A stretch of DNA of 64,000 nucleotides. Source: a candidate division TM6 bacterium GW2011_GWF2_28_16. Lineage in GTDB: Bacteria; Patescibacteriota; Microgenomatia; UBA1400; PJMF01. Shown here in pieces: positions 38,666-51,031 of the stretch (position 1 is the first letter of the stretch; each line of letters begins with the position of its first letter). The DNA lies in NCBI GenBank assembly GCA_001029715.1, contig CP011212.1, positions 131,407-195,406 on the forward strand, given 5' to 3'. A program made the translations under genes and the position numbers. A model generated the notes under the pieces. That model ran no database searches and was not told the origin of the DNA. It saw only the letters and a list, made by a program, of their open reading frames with translations.

Positions 38666-40564
38666 ATGAACAACAAAAAAACTGAACCAAAAGCTCCTCA
38701 AGAAGCTCCAAAAAAGCAAGATCCAATTAAGCGCATTGAATTAAAAATTAATTTAAATAAATTTTTTAGTAAAACCTTAATTTATATAATCATTTTATTC
38801 TTATTTGTTCCATCGCTACTGGGAGCTCTTGGAGCAGGTGGTAAGCGCGAACAAATTACCATTAGTCAAATGGTGACAGATATTCGTAGCGAAAAAGTCA
38901 ACAAAATGGAGGTTTATGGCCAAGAGTTGCGTTTAACTTATAAAGATGACTCCAAAAAAGTTGCTAAAAAAGAAGAAGGACAGCAAGCTTTGCAAGTTCT
39001 TGAAGCATCGGGAATTGATTTAGCTACTGTAGACACAGAAATTCATGATGCCACAGCACTACAGATGCTTTGGGAACTAATAATTAACTTTTTACCAATT
39101 ATTTTGATGTTTGTTTTTTTGCTAGTGGTTTTTAGACAGGCTAAAGGCGGCGGTGACGCCATGTTTGGCATGGGCAAAAGCAAAGCAAAAGTTTATGTCA
39201 AAGGCAAGCAAAATATTTCTTTTAAAGATGTTGGTGGCATGAATGAAGCCAAGAAAGAATTGGAGGAAATTGTTGATTTTCTCAGACATCCAAAAAAATA
39301 TACCAAAGTTGGCGCCCGCACTCCAAAAGGTGTTCTTTTAGTTGGTCCAGCTGGCACAGGTAAAACTTTATTGGCTAGAGCCGTTGCCGGTGAGGCAGGT
39401 GTGCAATTCCTTTCGATAGCTGGTAGTGAATTTATGGAAATGTTAGTTGGTGTGGGTGCTTCCAGAGTGAGAGATTTATTTGATACCGCTAAAAAACTTG
39501 CTCCATCAATTATTTTTATTGATGAAATTGATGCGATTGGTCGTATGAGAGGACGCAATAGCATGTCTTCTAATGATGAGCGTGAGCAAACTCTCAATCA
39601 AATTTTGGTAGAGATGGATGGTTTTACTCAGAATGACAATGTGATTGTTATGGCCGCCACTAATCGTGGCGACATGCTTGATCCAGCTTTGGTGAGACCA
39701 GGTCGCTTTGATCGTCGTGTTCAAGTTAATTTGCCAGATTTGGAAGAACGCAAATTTATTTTAGGTATTCACGCTAAAAATAAAAATTTTACCAAAGGTC
39801 TTGATTGGGCTAAGGTTGCGAAACGTACAGTTGGTTTTTCTGGAGCAGATTTGGAAAATATGCTTAATGAATCAGCGATTGCTATTGCCAGAGAAAGTCG
39901 CGAAGAAATCACTTTGGAAGATATTGAAGAAGCTTCACTTAAGGTTAAATATGGTCCAAGCAAGAAGCGTCTCCAAGATGATAAAGAGAAAAAAATGACG
40001 GCTTATCACGAAGCAGGACATGCAGTTTTATCTCATGTTTTACCTTATGCTGATCCAGTTCACCGTATTTCTATTGTTTCTAGAGGTCAGGCTTTAGGCT
40101 ACACTTTTACTCCTCCAGAAAAAGATAAATTACAGGTGCTCAAATCTGAATTAGTAGATGACATGACTGTCATGCTTGGTGGCAGAGCTGCTGAGATGTT
40201 GATTTTTGATGAACAAACCGCTGGAGCTAGTAGTGATATTGATCGAGCCACCAGAATTGCTCGTAGTATGGTTGTTCGTTTTGGTATGAGTAAATTGGGC
40301 CCAATGAATTTTGGTTCACAATATGAAAACGAAGATTATAACCGAGCTTGGGGTGAAGCAGACAAGCCATCAACTAAAATTCAAGAAAGAGTTGACGAAG
40401 AGATGATGAATTATATTAATGAAGCAGAAAAGAGAGCCATGGACTTGCTGAAGAAATATAGAAAAAATCTCGATGTTATTGCTGAAAATTTACTCGAAAA
40501 AGAAACTTTAGATTCAGATGAATTTGCTAAGCTAATGGACATGCCAAAAGCCAAAGCTATATAA
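38666..40564 (+). CDS. ftsH: ATP-dependent zinc metalloprotease FtsH
   Basis: It has an N-terminal TM, a periplasmic domain and a second TM. The AAA module reads GVLLVGPAGTGKTLLARAVAGEAGV, with SRH. The zinc-binding motif HEAGHAV is present. It is 632 aa. Confidence 0.95.
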   Translation: MNNKKTEPKAPQEAPKKQDPIKRIELKINLNKFFSKTLIYIIILFLFVPSLLGALGAGGKREQITISQMVTDIRSEKVNKMEVYGQELRLTYKDDSKKVAKKEEGQQALQVLEASGIDLATVDTEIHDATALQMLWELIINFLPIILMFVFLLVVFRQAKGGGDAMFGMGKSKAKVYVKGKQNISFKDVGGMNEAKKELEEIVDFLRHPKKYTKVGARTPKGVLLVGPAGTGKTLLARAVAGEAGVQFLSIAGSEFMEMLVGVGASRVRDLFDTAKKLAPSIIFIDEIDAIGRMRGRNSMSSNDEREQTLNQILVEMDGFTQNDNVIVMAATNRGDMLDPALVRPGRFDRRVQVNLPDLEERKFILGIHAKNKNFTKGLDWAKVAKRTVGFSGADLENMLNESAIAIARESREEITLEDIEEASLKVKYGPSKKRLQDDKEKKMTAYHEAGHAVLSHVLPYADPVHRISIVSRGQALGYTFTPPEKDKLQVLKSELVDDMTVMLGGRAAEMLIFDEQTAGASSDIDRATRIARSMVVRFGMSKLGPMNFGSQYENEDYNRAWGEADKPSTKIQERVDEEMMNYINEAEKRAMDLLKKYRKNLDVIAENLLEKETLDSDEFAKLMDMPKAKAI

Positions 40565-40578
40565 TAAAAGCACTTTCT

Positions 40579-41004
40579 ATGAGAAATATACTTGCCCAAT
40601 TATTTCGTCAGCGCACCCTGCGTAAAATTATTGTTTCTTTATTTTTTATCTCTTTTTCTTTGGCAATTTTAGTAGTGCCTTTAGAGTCTGGTAAACCTAA
40701 TGCCAGGATTCATAATCTTGAAGATTCTATTTGGTGGACAGTCTCCACAATTACTACAGTTGGTTATGGTGACATAGTTCCCGTTACCACCGAAGGCAGA
40801 GCGCTGGGAATTGTTTTGCAAATAATTGGGGTTATCATGTCGAGTAGTATTATTGGTAGTTTAGTTGTGCAATTAAATCGTAAAAAAGATAGTTACGAAT
40901 GGGAAAAAATTTCCAAAAAATTAGACTTAATTAGTGAAGACATTGATGAGACGAAGAAAAAAACTGACTTCATTATTTTGCAAACTGGAGAGAAAAAAAA
41001 GTAA
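40579..41004 (+). CDS. Small 2-TM potassium channel (KcsA-like pore domain)
   Basis: The selectivity filter TVGYGD appears in WWTVSTITTVGYGDIVPVT, flanked by two TM helices. It is 141 aa. Confidence 0.7.
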   Translation: MRNILAQLFRQRTLRKIIVSLFFISFSLAILVVPLESGKPNARIHNLEDSIWWTVSTITTVGYGDIVPVTTEGRALGIVLQIIGVIMSSSIIGSLVVQLNRKKDSYEWEKISKKLDLISEDIDETKKKTDFIILQTGEKKK

Positions 41005-41007
41005 GCT

Positions 41008-41940
41008 ATGTCTCGTAAAAAATTTCTGTTAGTCGATGCCCATGCTTTAATTTATCGTGCCTATTATGCTATGCCCAACCTAACTGACTCCGACGGTCAC
41101 CTGGTGAATGCTGTTTTTGGTTTTAGTAAAATGTTGCTCAATGCGATTACTTATTTTGATCCAGAATATGCAGCAGTTTGTTTCGACCATCCCAAGCCAA
41201 CTTTTCGTCACAAAAAGTTTGATGGCTATAAAGCTCAGCGAGCTAAAATGCCAGATGATTTAATTCCACAAATTCAAATTGTCAAAGACGTCGTTACTGC
41301 ACTTGGAATTCCCAAATTTGAAATTGAGGGTTTTGAAGCTGATGATTTAATTGGTACCGTTAATTGCAAAGTTGAAGATCTGGATCGCCAATTGCTGACA
41401 GTGATTGTCACTGGAGATCAAGATTCTTTTCAATTGGTAGATGATGATACGCATATTTGGATGCCGGCGCGCGGCAAACAGCAAAGAGGCGACATTGAAT
41501 ACGATGCAGCTTTGGTTGAAAAGAAGCTAGGCATTAAGCCTCTTCAAGTCATCGATCTTAAAGCTTTAATGGGTGATAATTCCGACAATATTCCTGGCAT
41601 CAAAGGGGTTGGACCAAAGACAGCGGTTGCCTTGGTTAAAAGATTCAACACGGTTGAAAAAATTTATGAGTTTTTGAAAGAACATCCAGAAGGTGATGAA
41701 ACAATAAAAGGTGCATTGTTACAAAAATTGCTGAATGGGGAAAAATCTGCATTAATGTCTAAAGATTTAGCAACTATTGAATGTGCCGCACCAATTGATT
41801 TTGATTTAGAAAACTGTCGGGTAACTGCTTATGATAAAAATAAAGTTATCGAAATTTTTCAGAACTTAGGTTTTAAATCTTTAATTAATACCCTGCCGAA
41901 AGATGCTTTTGAATCATCAGTTCAGGAGGCTTTATTTTAA
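41008..41940 (+). CDS. Stand-alone 5'-3' exonuclease / flap endonuclease (Pol I N-terminal domain homolog)
   Basis: LLVDAHALIYRAYYA, acidic clusters (FDHPKPTFRH...EADDLIGT...TGDQD), and a helix-hairpin-helix motif (GIKGVGPKTAVALV). It is 310 aa and no polymerase domain follows. Confidence 0.85.
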   Translation: MSRKKFLLVDAHALIYRAYYAMPNLTDSDGHLVNAVFGFSKMLLNAITYFDPEYAAVCFDHPKPTFRHKKFDGYKAQRAKMPDDLIPQIQIVKDVVTALGIPKFEIEGFEADDLIGTVNCKVEDLDRQLLTVIVTGDQDSFQLVDDDTHIWMPARGKQQRGDIEYDAALVEKKLGIKPLQVIDLKALMGDNSDNIPGIKGVGPKTAVALVKRFNTVEKIYEFLKEHPEGDETIKGALLQKLLNGEKSALMSKDLATIECAAPIDFDLENCRVTAYDKNKVIEIFQNLGFKSLINTLPKDAFESSVQEALF

Positions 41941-41941
41941 T

Positions 41942-43075
41942 ATGTCAAAAATTGCTTTAGTTCACGATTACTTACGCGAATACGGTGGAGCCGAAAGAGT
42001 TCTTGAAGCTTTGCATGAAATTTTTCCGCAAGCGCCAGTTTATACAGCTTTTGTTGACTCCAAAGCTATGGGCAAGAATTGGCACCGTTTTGCTAATTGG
42101 GACATTCGTCAAAGTAAAATCACTCAGTTGCCTTTTTATAAAAAACTTTTTTCGCCGATGCGCATTTTTGCAAAATGGGCTTTTGAGCAATTGGATTTAA
42201 GTGAATATGATCTCGTTATTAGTTCCTCCAATGCTTATTTTGCCAAGGCAGTTAAAGTACCCAACGGTAAGCATCTTTGTTATTGCCATACGCCACCTAG
42301 AGTTTTGTATGGTTATAGTGCTAAGAGCAATTGGAGGTCTAATCCTTTTACTCTTTTTGCTGGTAATTTACTTAATCATTTTGTTAGACAAATGGACTTT
42401 GTCGCTGCACAAAACCCTGATGTTTTTATTGCTAACTCTGAAGAAACAAAATTGCGAATTAAGAAGTTTTATAAAAGAGACAGTACCGTCATTAATCCAC
42501 CCATCAAAATTTATGATCAAGCAAAAACTTTTTTTGATAAACTGAATAAAAAAGATTTGGCAGATTTTACTCAACAAAAAAACAGCTCCTACTATTTATA
42601 TGTTAATCGTTTGGCTAAAGCCAAACATCCAGAATTAGCAGTGCAAGTAGCAAGTGAATTAAACTTGAAACTCAAAGTAGTTGGTGATGGTGCCATGCTA
42701 GAAGATTTGAAAGAAATGGCTGGCGAAACAATAGAGTTTCTCGGTGCAGTTGATGATAAAAAATTGATAGAACTTTATAAAAATGCCAGAGCTTTGCTCT
42801 ATCCAGTTGAGGATGAAGATTTCGGTATGGTGCCAGTTGAAGCTATGGCTTTCGGTACACCAGTAATTGCCCATCAATCAGGTGGTCCCAAAGAAACAAT
42901 TAAACAAGACAGAACGGGTTTGTTTTTCAAAAGTTTAACAGTCGAAAGTTTAGCTGAAGCCATTATCGATTTTGAGAAAAATTTTATTTGCAAACCACTA
43001 CAAATTCACCAAAGTAGCAAGATTTACTCCTTTACCACTTTTAAAGAAAAACTCCAGAAATTAATTCTTGCTTAG
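41942..43075 (+). CDS. Glycosyltransferase family 4
   Basis: IALVHDYLREYGGAERV at the N-terminus. The C-terminal EX7E motif appears as EDFGMVPVEAMAFGTPVIA. The ATG at 41942 is used because the ORF-track start at 41903 would overlap the previous gene. Confidence 0.8.
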   Translation: MSKIALVHDYLREYGGAERVLEALHEIFPQAPVYTAFVDSKAMGKNWHRFANWDIRQSKITQLPFYKKLFSPMRIFAKWAFEQLDLSEYDLVISSSNAYFAKAVKVPNGKHLCYCHTPPRVLYGYSAKSNWRSNPFTLFAGNLLNHFVRQMDFVAAQNPDVFIANSEETKLRIKKFYKRDSTVINPPIKIYDQAKTFFDKLNKKDLADFTQQKNSSYYLYVNRLAKAKHPELAVQVASELNLKLKVVGDGAMLEDLKEMAGETIEFLGAVDDKKLIELYKNARALLYPVEDEDFGMVPVEAMAFGTPVIAHQSGGPKETIKQDRTGLFFKSLTVESLAEAIIDFEKNFICKPLQIHQSSKIYSFTTFKEKLQKLILA

Positions 43076-44496
43076 TTTTTAATTAGTCTAACTTTAGCCA
43101 CCTCATTGGCAGGCATAAGGATTTCTACTCTTAAAGCGGCAGCATCAGTAGCAACCTCTTGGTTTTGTTTGGATCCGCTAAGGAATTCTTTATTTAAAGT
43201 GTAATTTCCTGGTTCAATATTGATAAAAGTAATGGGCACTGTTTCACTGTGTGAGCCCTTTGGATCGAAATTGGCGATGACCATTTCAGTTTCGTTGTTA
43301 TCATTTTTAGCAGCTAAAGCTTTGACCCAAGAGCCCAATCCAGTAATTTGTAGGCGTTGATCGGCGATGCTGTCTAGCATTTTTAAAGCTCGATAACGTG
43401 GTTTGCTATTAGCGCCAAAGTCATTATGAGTGAATAAGCCCCAGCGTCCCCAGTAATTTTTGCCTTCAGGATCTTTGCCATCTTGAATTTCAAAAGCAAA
43501 GGCTCGTTCGACACGATTGCTCATGGAAATAGCGGCAGCAACAGTGTGAGCTGCGCCATATTTTGAATCGTATCCAGCATTATTATTACTATCATGACCC
43601 CATTCGGTGATTTGGAATTCAAGAGTTGGCTCTAGTTTTGGATATTTTTGAACCCAAGTTTTTGCCAATTGCATGTCTTCGGCATATTGATTTAGATCAT
43701 TGGTATATCGATGCCAAGAAAAGAAGTCACAGCGCCAATCGTTTTCGCTGCAACCTTTAGCCCAAGCATTAAACCAGTTCTCATAGAGAGCTGTGATGGC
43801 TGGACCACCGAGCTTGAATGGTAAAGCCCCGCGAGCATTTTTTGCACCTGCACTGGCGTAGGCGTAAAGAGTTAGATAATTTTTATCGCCGTAATATTTA
43901 AAAGAGCCAAAAAGATCTGGTTCATTCCAAACTTCATAATAAACATCACGAATACCCTTAGTGCCACTAACGTGTTCAATGGTTTTTTGTACTACCAATT
44001 GCCAATCAGCCCAATTAACTGGATAAGCCAAAATATCTCCAGAAGAAATCGCTGGAGGCATATAAGTTAAGGCAAGATATGGCTTAGCACCAGTTTTATT
44101 GATGTCATCCAAAATCAAGTCAAACTTAGTCCAATCAAAACTAACATTGCCAGGACTGCCCTGAACAATGTCATAAAAATCATAAATATGATCTAAGCGA
44201 ATATATTCTGGTTTGAGAGCGGCAATTTGACCAACTAAATTATCAATGCGCCAGGCGTGATCTTCGCCACCCTGTGCAAGATTGCGCCAAGGCCGTGGCA
44301 TTGGTCCAAGAACAGCTTTAGTATCAACAGTTAAATTAGCTGGAACACCATTAGCTTGACCGAAGAACTGCCTGACAACTTTAATTTGCCAAGCTCCAGC
44401 CATGATTCCTCCAATTAAAATTAGCAAGCCAAGAAAAGAAAAGAAAATTTTTCTTTTTCTCTTTAGCCTTGGATTTATTGGGTAGTTTTGTTTCAC
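43072..44496 (-). CDS. Membrane-anchored glycoside hydrolase, clan GH-A (GH5/GH39-like (beta/alpha)8 barrel)
   Basis: It has an N-terminal TM. The acid/base motif YYEVWNEPD and the nucleophile motif QITEWG are spaced as in GH-A enzymes. It is 474 aa. Confidence 0.6.
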   Translation of the reverse strand: MKQNYPINPRLKRKRKIFFSFLGLLILIGGIMAGAWQIKVVRQFFGQANGVPANLTVDTKAVLGPMPRPWRNLAQGGEDHAWRIDNLVGQIAALKPEYIRLDHIYDFYDIVQGSPGNVSFDWTKFDLILDDINKTGAKPYLALTYMPPAISSGDILAYPVNWADWQLVVQKTIEHVSGTKGIRDVYYEVWNEPDLFGSFKYYGDKNYLTLYAYASAGAKNARGALPFKLGGPAITALYENWFNAWAKGCSENDWRCDFFSWHRYTNDLNQYAEDMQLAKTWVQKYPKLEPTLEFQITEWGHDSNNNAGYDSKYGAAHTVAAAISMSNRVERAFAFEIQDGKDPEGKNYWGRWGLFTHNDFGANSKPRYRALKMLDSIADQRLQITGLGSWVKALAAKNDNNETEMVIANFDPKGSHSETVPITFINIEPGNYTLNKEFLSGSKQNQEVATDAAALRVEILMPANEVAKVRLIKN

Positions 44497-44668
44497 TCCA
44501 ATACTAATGTTAGCAAAAAAGCAGGGGCTTGTCTTATTTGCTTTGTCTATTTATAATCAACACCAGAGTCGAGATTTAGTATCTTAAATAGATTTGTGGG
44601 GAAATAAAAATAAGAATTATATTTTTTTCTTATTTTTCCACAAATTTAAATATAAGAAAGAATATGAA

Positions 44669-45541
44669 ATGAGCAATCAAAGCTTACATGTTTCTATTTC
44701 TGCTGAACCAATCTTCCGTATTTTTGGATTAGAAATTAGCAACTCGATTTTTACCAGTTTGATAGTTAGTTTTCTATTAATTGTTTTTGCAATTTTTTTC
44801 AGATCTAAGTTTAAGAATACAGACAAACCAAGTTCCCTGCAAAATTTTGTCGAAATGATTGCAGAGGCTCTATATAATTTTGTTTATTCCATTACTGAGA
44901 ATACCAAGAAGACTCTTCTATTTTTCCCAGTTATCTCAACTTTTTTTATTTTCATTATTTTAAATAATTACATTGGACTATTGCCTGGAGTTGGATCGAT
45001 TTTGACTAAAGAGGCAGAGGCTCAGACTGAAATAACTCAAGTTGCTTCAGATCAAGAAATATTGGAAGCAGTAGCGGAAGAGGAAGAGATTGTTGAGTCA
45101 GCTGTTCATGGTGAACCCATCCATGCCAAAATGGTTCCAGTTTTTAGAGCTGCCACTGCAGATTTGAATACCACTTTAGCTTTAGCGATTGTTTCAGTGA
45201 TGTTGACTCAAATCTTTGGTATTTCTCATCTTGGTTTTTCTTACTTTAAAAAATTTATTGATTTTTCCAATCCGGTTAATTTTTTTGTAGGTATTTTAGA
45301 AACGGTGTTGGAGTTTGCCAAAATTGTTTCTTTTGCTTTTAGATTATTTGGTAATATTTTTGCAGGTGAAGTTCTACTAGTAGTAATGACTTATTTAATT
45401 TCCATTGCTGTGCCAGCTCCGTTCTATGCACTAGAACTTTTTGTTGGCTTTATTCAGGCTTTAGTTTTTTCAATGTTATCTTTGATTTTCTTCAATTTGG
45501 CTACCAAAGGCCATCATGAAGAAGACCATGTAGTAGCATGA
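44669..45541 (+). CDS. atpB: F-type ATP synthase subunit a (with a long hydrophilic insertion)
   Basis: The C-terminal FRLFGNIFAGEVLL motif carries the essential Arg. It is polytopic. Start chosen at ATG 44669 (MSNQSL...), in frame with the ORF track. Confidence 0.85.
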   Translation: MSNQSLHVSISAEPIFRIFGLEISNSIFTSLIVSFLLIVFAIFFRSKFKNTDKPSSLQNFVEMIAEALYNFVYSITENTKKTLLFFPVISTFFIFIILNNYIGLLPGVGSILTKEAEAQTEITQVASDQEILEAVAEEEEIVESAVHGEPIHAKMVPVFRAATADLNTTLALAIVSVMLTQIFGISHLGFSYFKKFIDFSNPVNFFVGILETVLEFAKIVSFAFRLFGNIFAGEVLLVVMTYLISIAVPAPFYALELFVGFIQALVFSMLSLIFFNLATKGHHEEDHVVA

Positions 45542-45595
45542 AAGCAAATAATAGTAAAAAATATAAATTAATAAAAACAATAAAAAGGAGTTTTT

Positions 45596-45808
45596 ATGCA
45601 AGATTTAGCAATAGGTTTAACCATGGGACTGGGAGCACTTGGACCTGCCATTAGTATTGGAATGTTGGTTTCCAAAGCTTTGGAATCAATTGGTCGCAAT
45701 CCAGAGGCTAGTAATAAAATCCAGACAAGCATGATTCTTGGTATGGCTTTTGCTGAAGCAATCGCTATATATGCTTTAGTCGTAGCTTTGATTATTAAGT
45801 TTGTCTAA
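45596..45808 (+). CDS. atpE: F-type ATP synthase subunit c
   Basis: 70 aa. It is a hairpin of two TM helices with the GLGALGPAISIG Gly motif and a conserved carboxylate in helix 2 (AFAEAIAIYALV). Confidence 0.9.
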   Translation: MQDLAIGLTMGLGALGPAISIGMLVSKALESIGRNPEASNKIQTSMILGMAFAEAIAIYALVVALIIKFV

Positions 45809-45819
45809 GGTTAAATAAC

Positions 45820-46305
45820 ATGGATATACAACTAAACCAAATTATTTTTCAAATGATTAATTTTGGCGTAGTACTTGGTGTCTTGACGTATTTCATCTAT
45901 AAACCAGTTCTTAAATTGCTCAATGATCGTCGCGAGCGAGTGGCCGCCGCCGCCGCTACTGCTGCAGAAATGATGCAAGAAAAAGAAAAATTAGAGAGTC
46001 GACACGAAAGTATTTTGCTCAAAGCTAGTCAGGAAGCCAAAAAAATAGAAGATGAAGCGAGAAAAGAATCTCGTGAACAAGCCAAACTTGCTTTGGAACA
46101 AAGCAAGCAAGAAATTGTTGCTCGCGAAGCTAAATTCTCAAGTGAGCTTGCCAAAATGAAGAAGCAAGAAATTGCTTCCATGCAAGATGAAATCAAAAAA
46201 GCAGCTCTTCTAATGGCAGAAAAAGTGCTCAACGAATCAATTGATGCAAAAAAGCATCAAAAATTGCTTGATGAGCAAATTACTAAGATTATCGAAAAAC
46301 TTTAA
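45820..46305 (+). CDS. atpF: F-type ATP synthase subunit b
   Basis: 161 aa. It has an N-terminal TM followed by a long charged helix (KLLNDRRERVAAA...EAKKIEDEARKE...). Confidence 0.85.
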   Translation: MDIQLNQIIFQMINFGVVLGVLTYFIYKPVLKLLNDRRERVAAAAATAAEMMQEKEKLESRHESILLKASQEAKKIEDEARKESREQAKLALEQSKQEIVAREAKFSSELAKMKKQEIASMQDEIKKAALLMAEKVLNESIDAKKHQKLLDEQITKIIEKL

Positions 46306-46311
46306 GTTATT

Positions 46312-46698
46312 ATGTTAAAGATTACTGTTGCCAGTGCAACTCCTTTGAATAGTACGCAAAAGAAAGAGCTTGAGCTATCTGTTGCCAAAAAATACGAAGG
46401 AGAAGAATTAGTTTTTAATTATCAAGTCAAAGCAGACCTTATTGCTGGTTTGAGTGTTAGCGTAGGACGGGTTGAAGATAAAAGGCTTAAAGTTGATATT
46501 CTAAGCGCCATCGCTTTAAACGCGACTCAACAGAAAAAAATCGAGCAAGCCATTGCCAAAAAATACGAAGGAGAAGAATTAGTTTTTAATTATCAAGTCA
46601 AAGCAGACCTTATTGCTGGTTTGAGTGTTAGCGTAGATAGCAAGCTCTATGATGCTAGCTTGCGCGCTCGCCTAGATCAGTTAATCAAACAAATGTAA
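46312..46698 (+). CDS. atpH: F-type ATP synthase delta subunit, truncated (128 aa) and internally duplicated
   Basis: Its position between b and alpha fits delta. The C-terminal motifs VKADLIAGLSVSV and DASLRARLDQL resemble the delta C-terminal domain (VDPSLIGG..DGSV...L..L). A 78-bp nucleotide-perfect tandem duplication lies at 46381-46458 and 46558-46635, and the encoded segment AKKYEGEELVFNYQVKADLIAGLSVSV appears twice. Confidence 0.7.
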   Translation: MLKITVASATPLNSTQKKELELSVAKKYEGEELVFNYQVKADLIAGLSVSVGRVEDKRLKVDILSAIALNATQQKKIEQAIAKKYEGEELVFNYQVKADLIAGLSVSVDSKLYDASLRARLDQLIKQM

Positions 46699-46701
46699 AT
46701 T

Positions 46702-48219
46702 ATGCCAAAATCAGATATTTTCGCCAACCTCTATTCAATTAAAGAAGCTGATCTCAAAGTCAGCCAGTCTTCCGTGGGTAAAGTAATTTCTTATGCTGAT
46801 GGCATTGTTTTTACTGACCAGCTTGAAGATGTGCAATCAGGTGAACTAGTAACTTTTGGTGAGAATGCTTATGGTTTGGCACTTAACTTAGAAAAAGAAA
46901 AGGTAGGTATCATTGTTTTGTCCGGTGGCGAGCAAATTAGGCCTGGAGATCTAGTCCATCGTACGGGTAAAATTTTATCCATCAACGTTTCCGAAGATAT
47001 CATTGGTAGAGTCATCGATGCGATGGGTAATGCTATCGATGGTAAGGCGGACATTGCTCGTGGCAAAGACATGTTTTTGGAAAAAATCGCTCCAGGCGTG
47101 ATCGCTCGTGAGGCAGTTAATCAGCCAATGCAGACAGGTATCAAAGCCGTTGATGCTTTGATTCCTATCGGTCGTGGTCAGCGCGAGCTGATCATTGGTG
47201 ATCGCAACACAGGCAAATCTTCCGTTGCACTAGGCAGCATTTTGAACCAAAAGGGTCAGGATATGATTTGTGTCTATGTTTCTATTGGTCAGAAGAAATC
47301 AACTTTAGCTCAATTCATCCAAGTTTTAGAGGATAAGGGTGCGATGGAGTATACGATTGTCGTTGCCGCTTCAGCTTCCGACGCAGCTTCTCTGCAGTTT
47401 TTAGCTCCTTATGCTGGCCAAGCAGTTGCAGAGTACTTTTTGGATAAAGGTAAGGATGTGCTCATTGTTTTCGATGACTTAAGTAAACATGCTCAAGCAT
47501 ATCGTGAAATTTCTCTATTACTCAAGCGCCCTTCAGGCCGTGAAGCTTATCCAGGTGATGTTTTTTACTTACACTCTCGTCTTTTAGAGCGATCTTGTAA
47601 ACTCAATCAAGAACATGGGGGTGGCTCCATCACTGCTCTCCCTATCATTGAAACCCAAGCCAATGACGTCTCAGCATATATTCCTACCAACGTTATTTCC
47701 ATCACTGATGGTCAGATTTATTTAGAAACTGATCTTTTTAATTCAGGTGTTAGACCTGCCATTAACGTCGGTCTTTCGGTTTCTCGTGTCGGTTCAGCCG
47801 CCCAGGTAAAAGCCATGAAACAAGTAGCTGGTAGTTTGAAACTTGATCTTGCTCAATTCAGAGAACTTGAAGCTTTTGCTCAATTCAGTTCAGATCTTGA
47901 TGCAACCACCAAGAAACAACTTGAAAGAGGCAAAAGAGTCAGTGAAATTCTCAAGCAAGCTTGGGATTTACAAATGTCAGTTGCCGATCAGGTTTTGATG
48001 ATTTATGCGGCAGTTAATGGTTTCTTGGACGAAATCGAAATTACTCAGCTGACTGAATGGGAGCAGAGTTATTTGAACTTCGCCAAGAGCAAACATGCCA
48101 AACTAGTTAGTACCTTATCGACTGGACCAAAAATTGAAAAACAAGAGGCAGAAGCTTTGCAAAAGCTGGTCAAAGATTTTGCAAAATCCTATCCTCATTT
48201 TTATAAGAAAGAGTCTTAA
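46702..48219 (+). CDS. atpA: F-type ATP synthase alpha subunit
   Basis: It has GDRNTGKSSVA (P-loop) and the family-wide conserved blocks. It is 505 aa. Confidence 0.97.
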   Translation: MPKSDIFANLYSIKEADLKVSQSSVGKVISYADGIVFTDQLEDVQSGELVTFGENAYGLALNLEKEKVGIIVLSGGEQIRPGDLVHRTGKILSINVSEDIIGRVIDAMGNAIDGKADIARGKDMFLEKIAPGVIAREAVNQPMQTGIKAVDALIPIGRGQRELIIGDRNTGKSSVALGSILNQKGQDMICVYVSIGQKKSTLAQFIQVLEDKGAMEYTIVVAASASDAASLQFLAPYAGQAVAEYFLDKGKDVLIVFDDLSKHAQAYREISLLLKRPSGREAYPGDVFYLHSRLLERSCKLNQEHGGGSITALPIIETQANDVSAYIPTNVISITDGQIYLETDLFNSGVRPAINVGLSVSRVGSAAQVKAMKQVAGSLKLDLAQFRELEAFAQFSSDLDATTKKQLERGKRVSEILKQAWDLQMSVADQVLMIYAAVNGFLDEIEITQLTEWEQSYLNFAKSKHAKLVSTLSTGPKIEKQEAEALQKLVKDFAKSYPHFYKKES

Positions 48220-48224
48220 GCTGT

Positions 48225-50545
<2,321 letters not shown>

Positions 50546-50551
50546 ACAGTT

Positions 50552-50968
50552 ATGAGTAACAAATTGAGACTTATCATCGTTTCTCAGGAAGAGCAACTGC
50601 TCGATCAGGAAGTCGATTCGGTTTCCCTACTGACTCAAAATGGCGTGATTACTATTCTCAAGGATCATCAACCCCTTATTAGTAAGCTGGAGTTTGGTGA
50701 ATTGGAATACCAAGTTGGTAATCAACGCCATAACATACTTTTGACTCAGGGTTTTGTTAACAAAAAACCAAACAACCAAGTTTTAGTCGTAGTAGACTCC
50801 GCTTTTAGTGCTCGAGAGTTGAATAATGAAAAGATCAAGGTAGCTGTAGCCAAAGCAAAAGAAGCCTTCAAGATCACAAAAGACAAGCGTGAGCTGTTGA
50901 TGATCGAAAGTTCTCTCAAACAACTTTTCTGGGAATTACAGTTGGCGAATAAGAAAAAGAAGAGCTAA
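50552..50968 (+). CDS. atpC: F-type ATP synthase epsilon subunit
   Basis: 138 aa. It is the last gene of the operon, with a beta-sandwich N-terminus and a helical C-terminus. Confidence 0.8.
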   Translation: MSNKLRLIIVSQEEQLLDQEVDSVSLLTQNGVITILKDHQPLISKLEFGELEYQVGNQRHNILLTQGFVNKKPNNQVLVVVDSAFSARELNNEKIKVAVAKAKEAFKITKDKRELLMIESSLKQLFWELQLANKKKKS

Positions 50969-50995
50969 GTTAGTTTTTCAAACCTCATCTTCTAA

Positions 50996-51031
50996 TTGAC
51001 AGCTTAGCAAACTATCGATATGATTGCTAAT
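50996..51031 (+). promoter_or_regulatory. Putative sigma70 promoter with an embedded CIRCE-like operator upstream of hrcA
   Basis: A -35 TTGACA lies at 50996-51001. After a 17-bp spacer, a -10 TATGAT lies at 51019-51024. An inverted repeat ttagcaa-N13-ttgctaa at 51004-51030 overlaps the -10. Its TTAGCA/TGCTAA half-sites match the outer halves of CIRCE. Confidence 0.5.

Noticed and set aside
41903-41941. The 5' extension of the GT4 ORF (track start 41903).
   Set aside because: It overlaps the end of the 5'-3' exonuclease gene. The ATG at 41942 gives a standard GT4 N-terminus (MSKIALVHDY).
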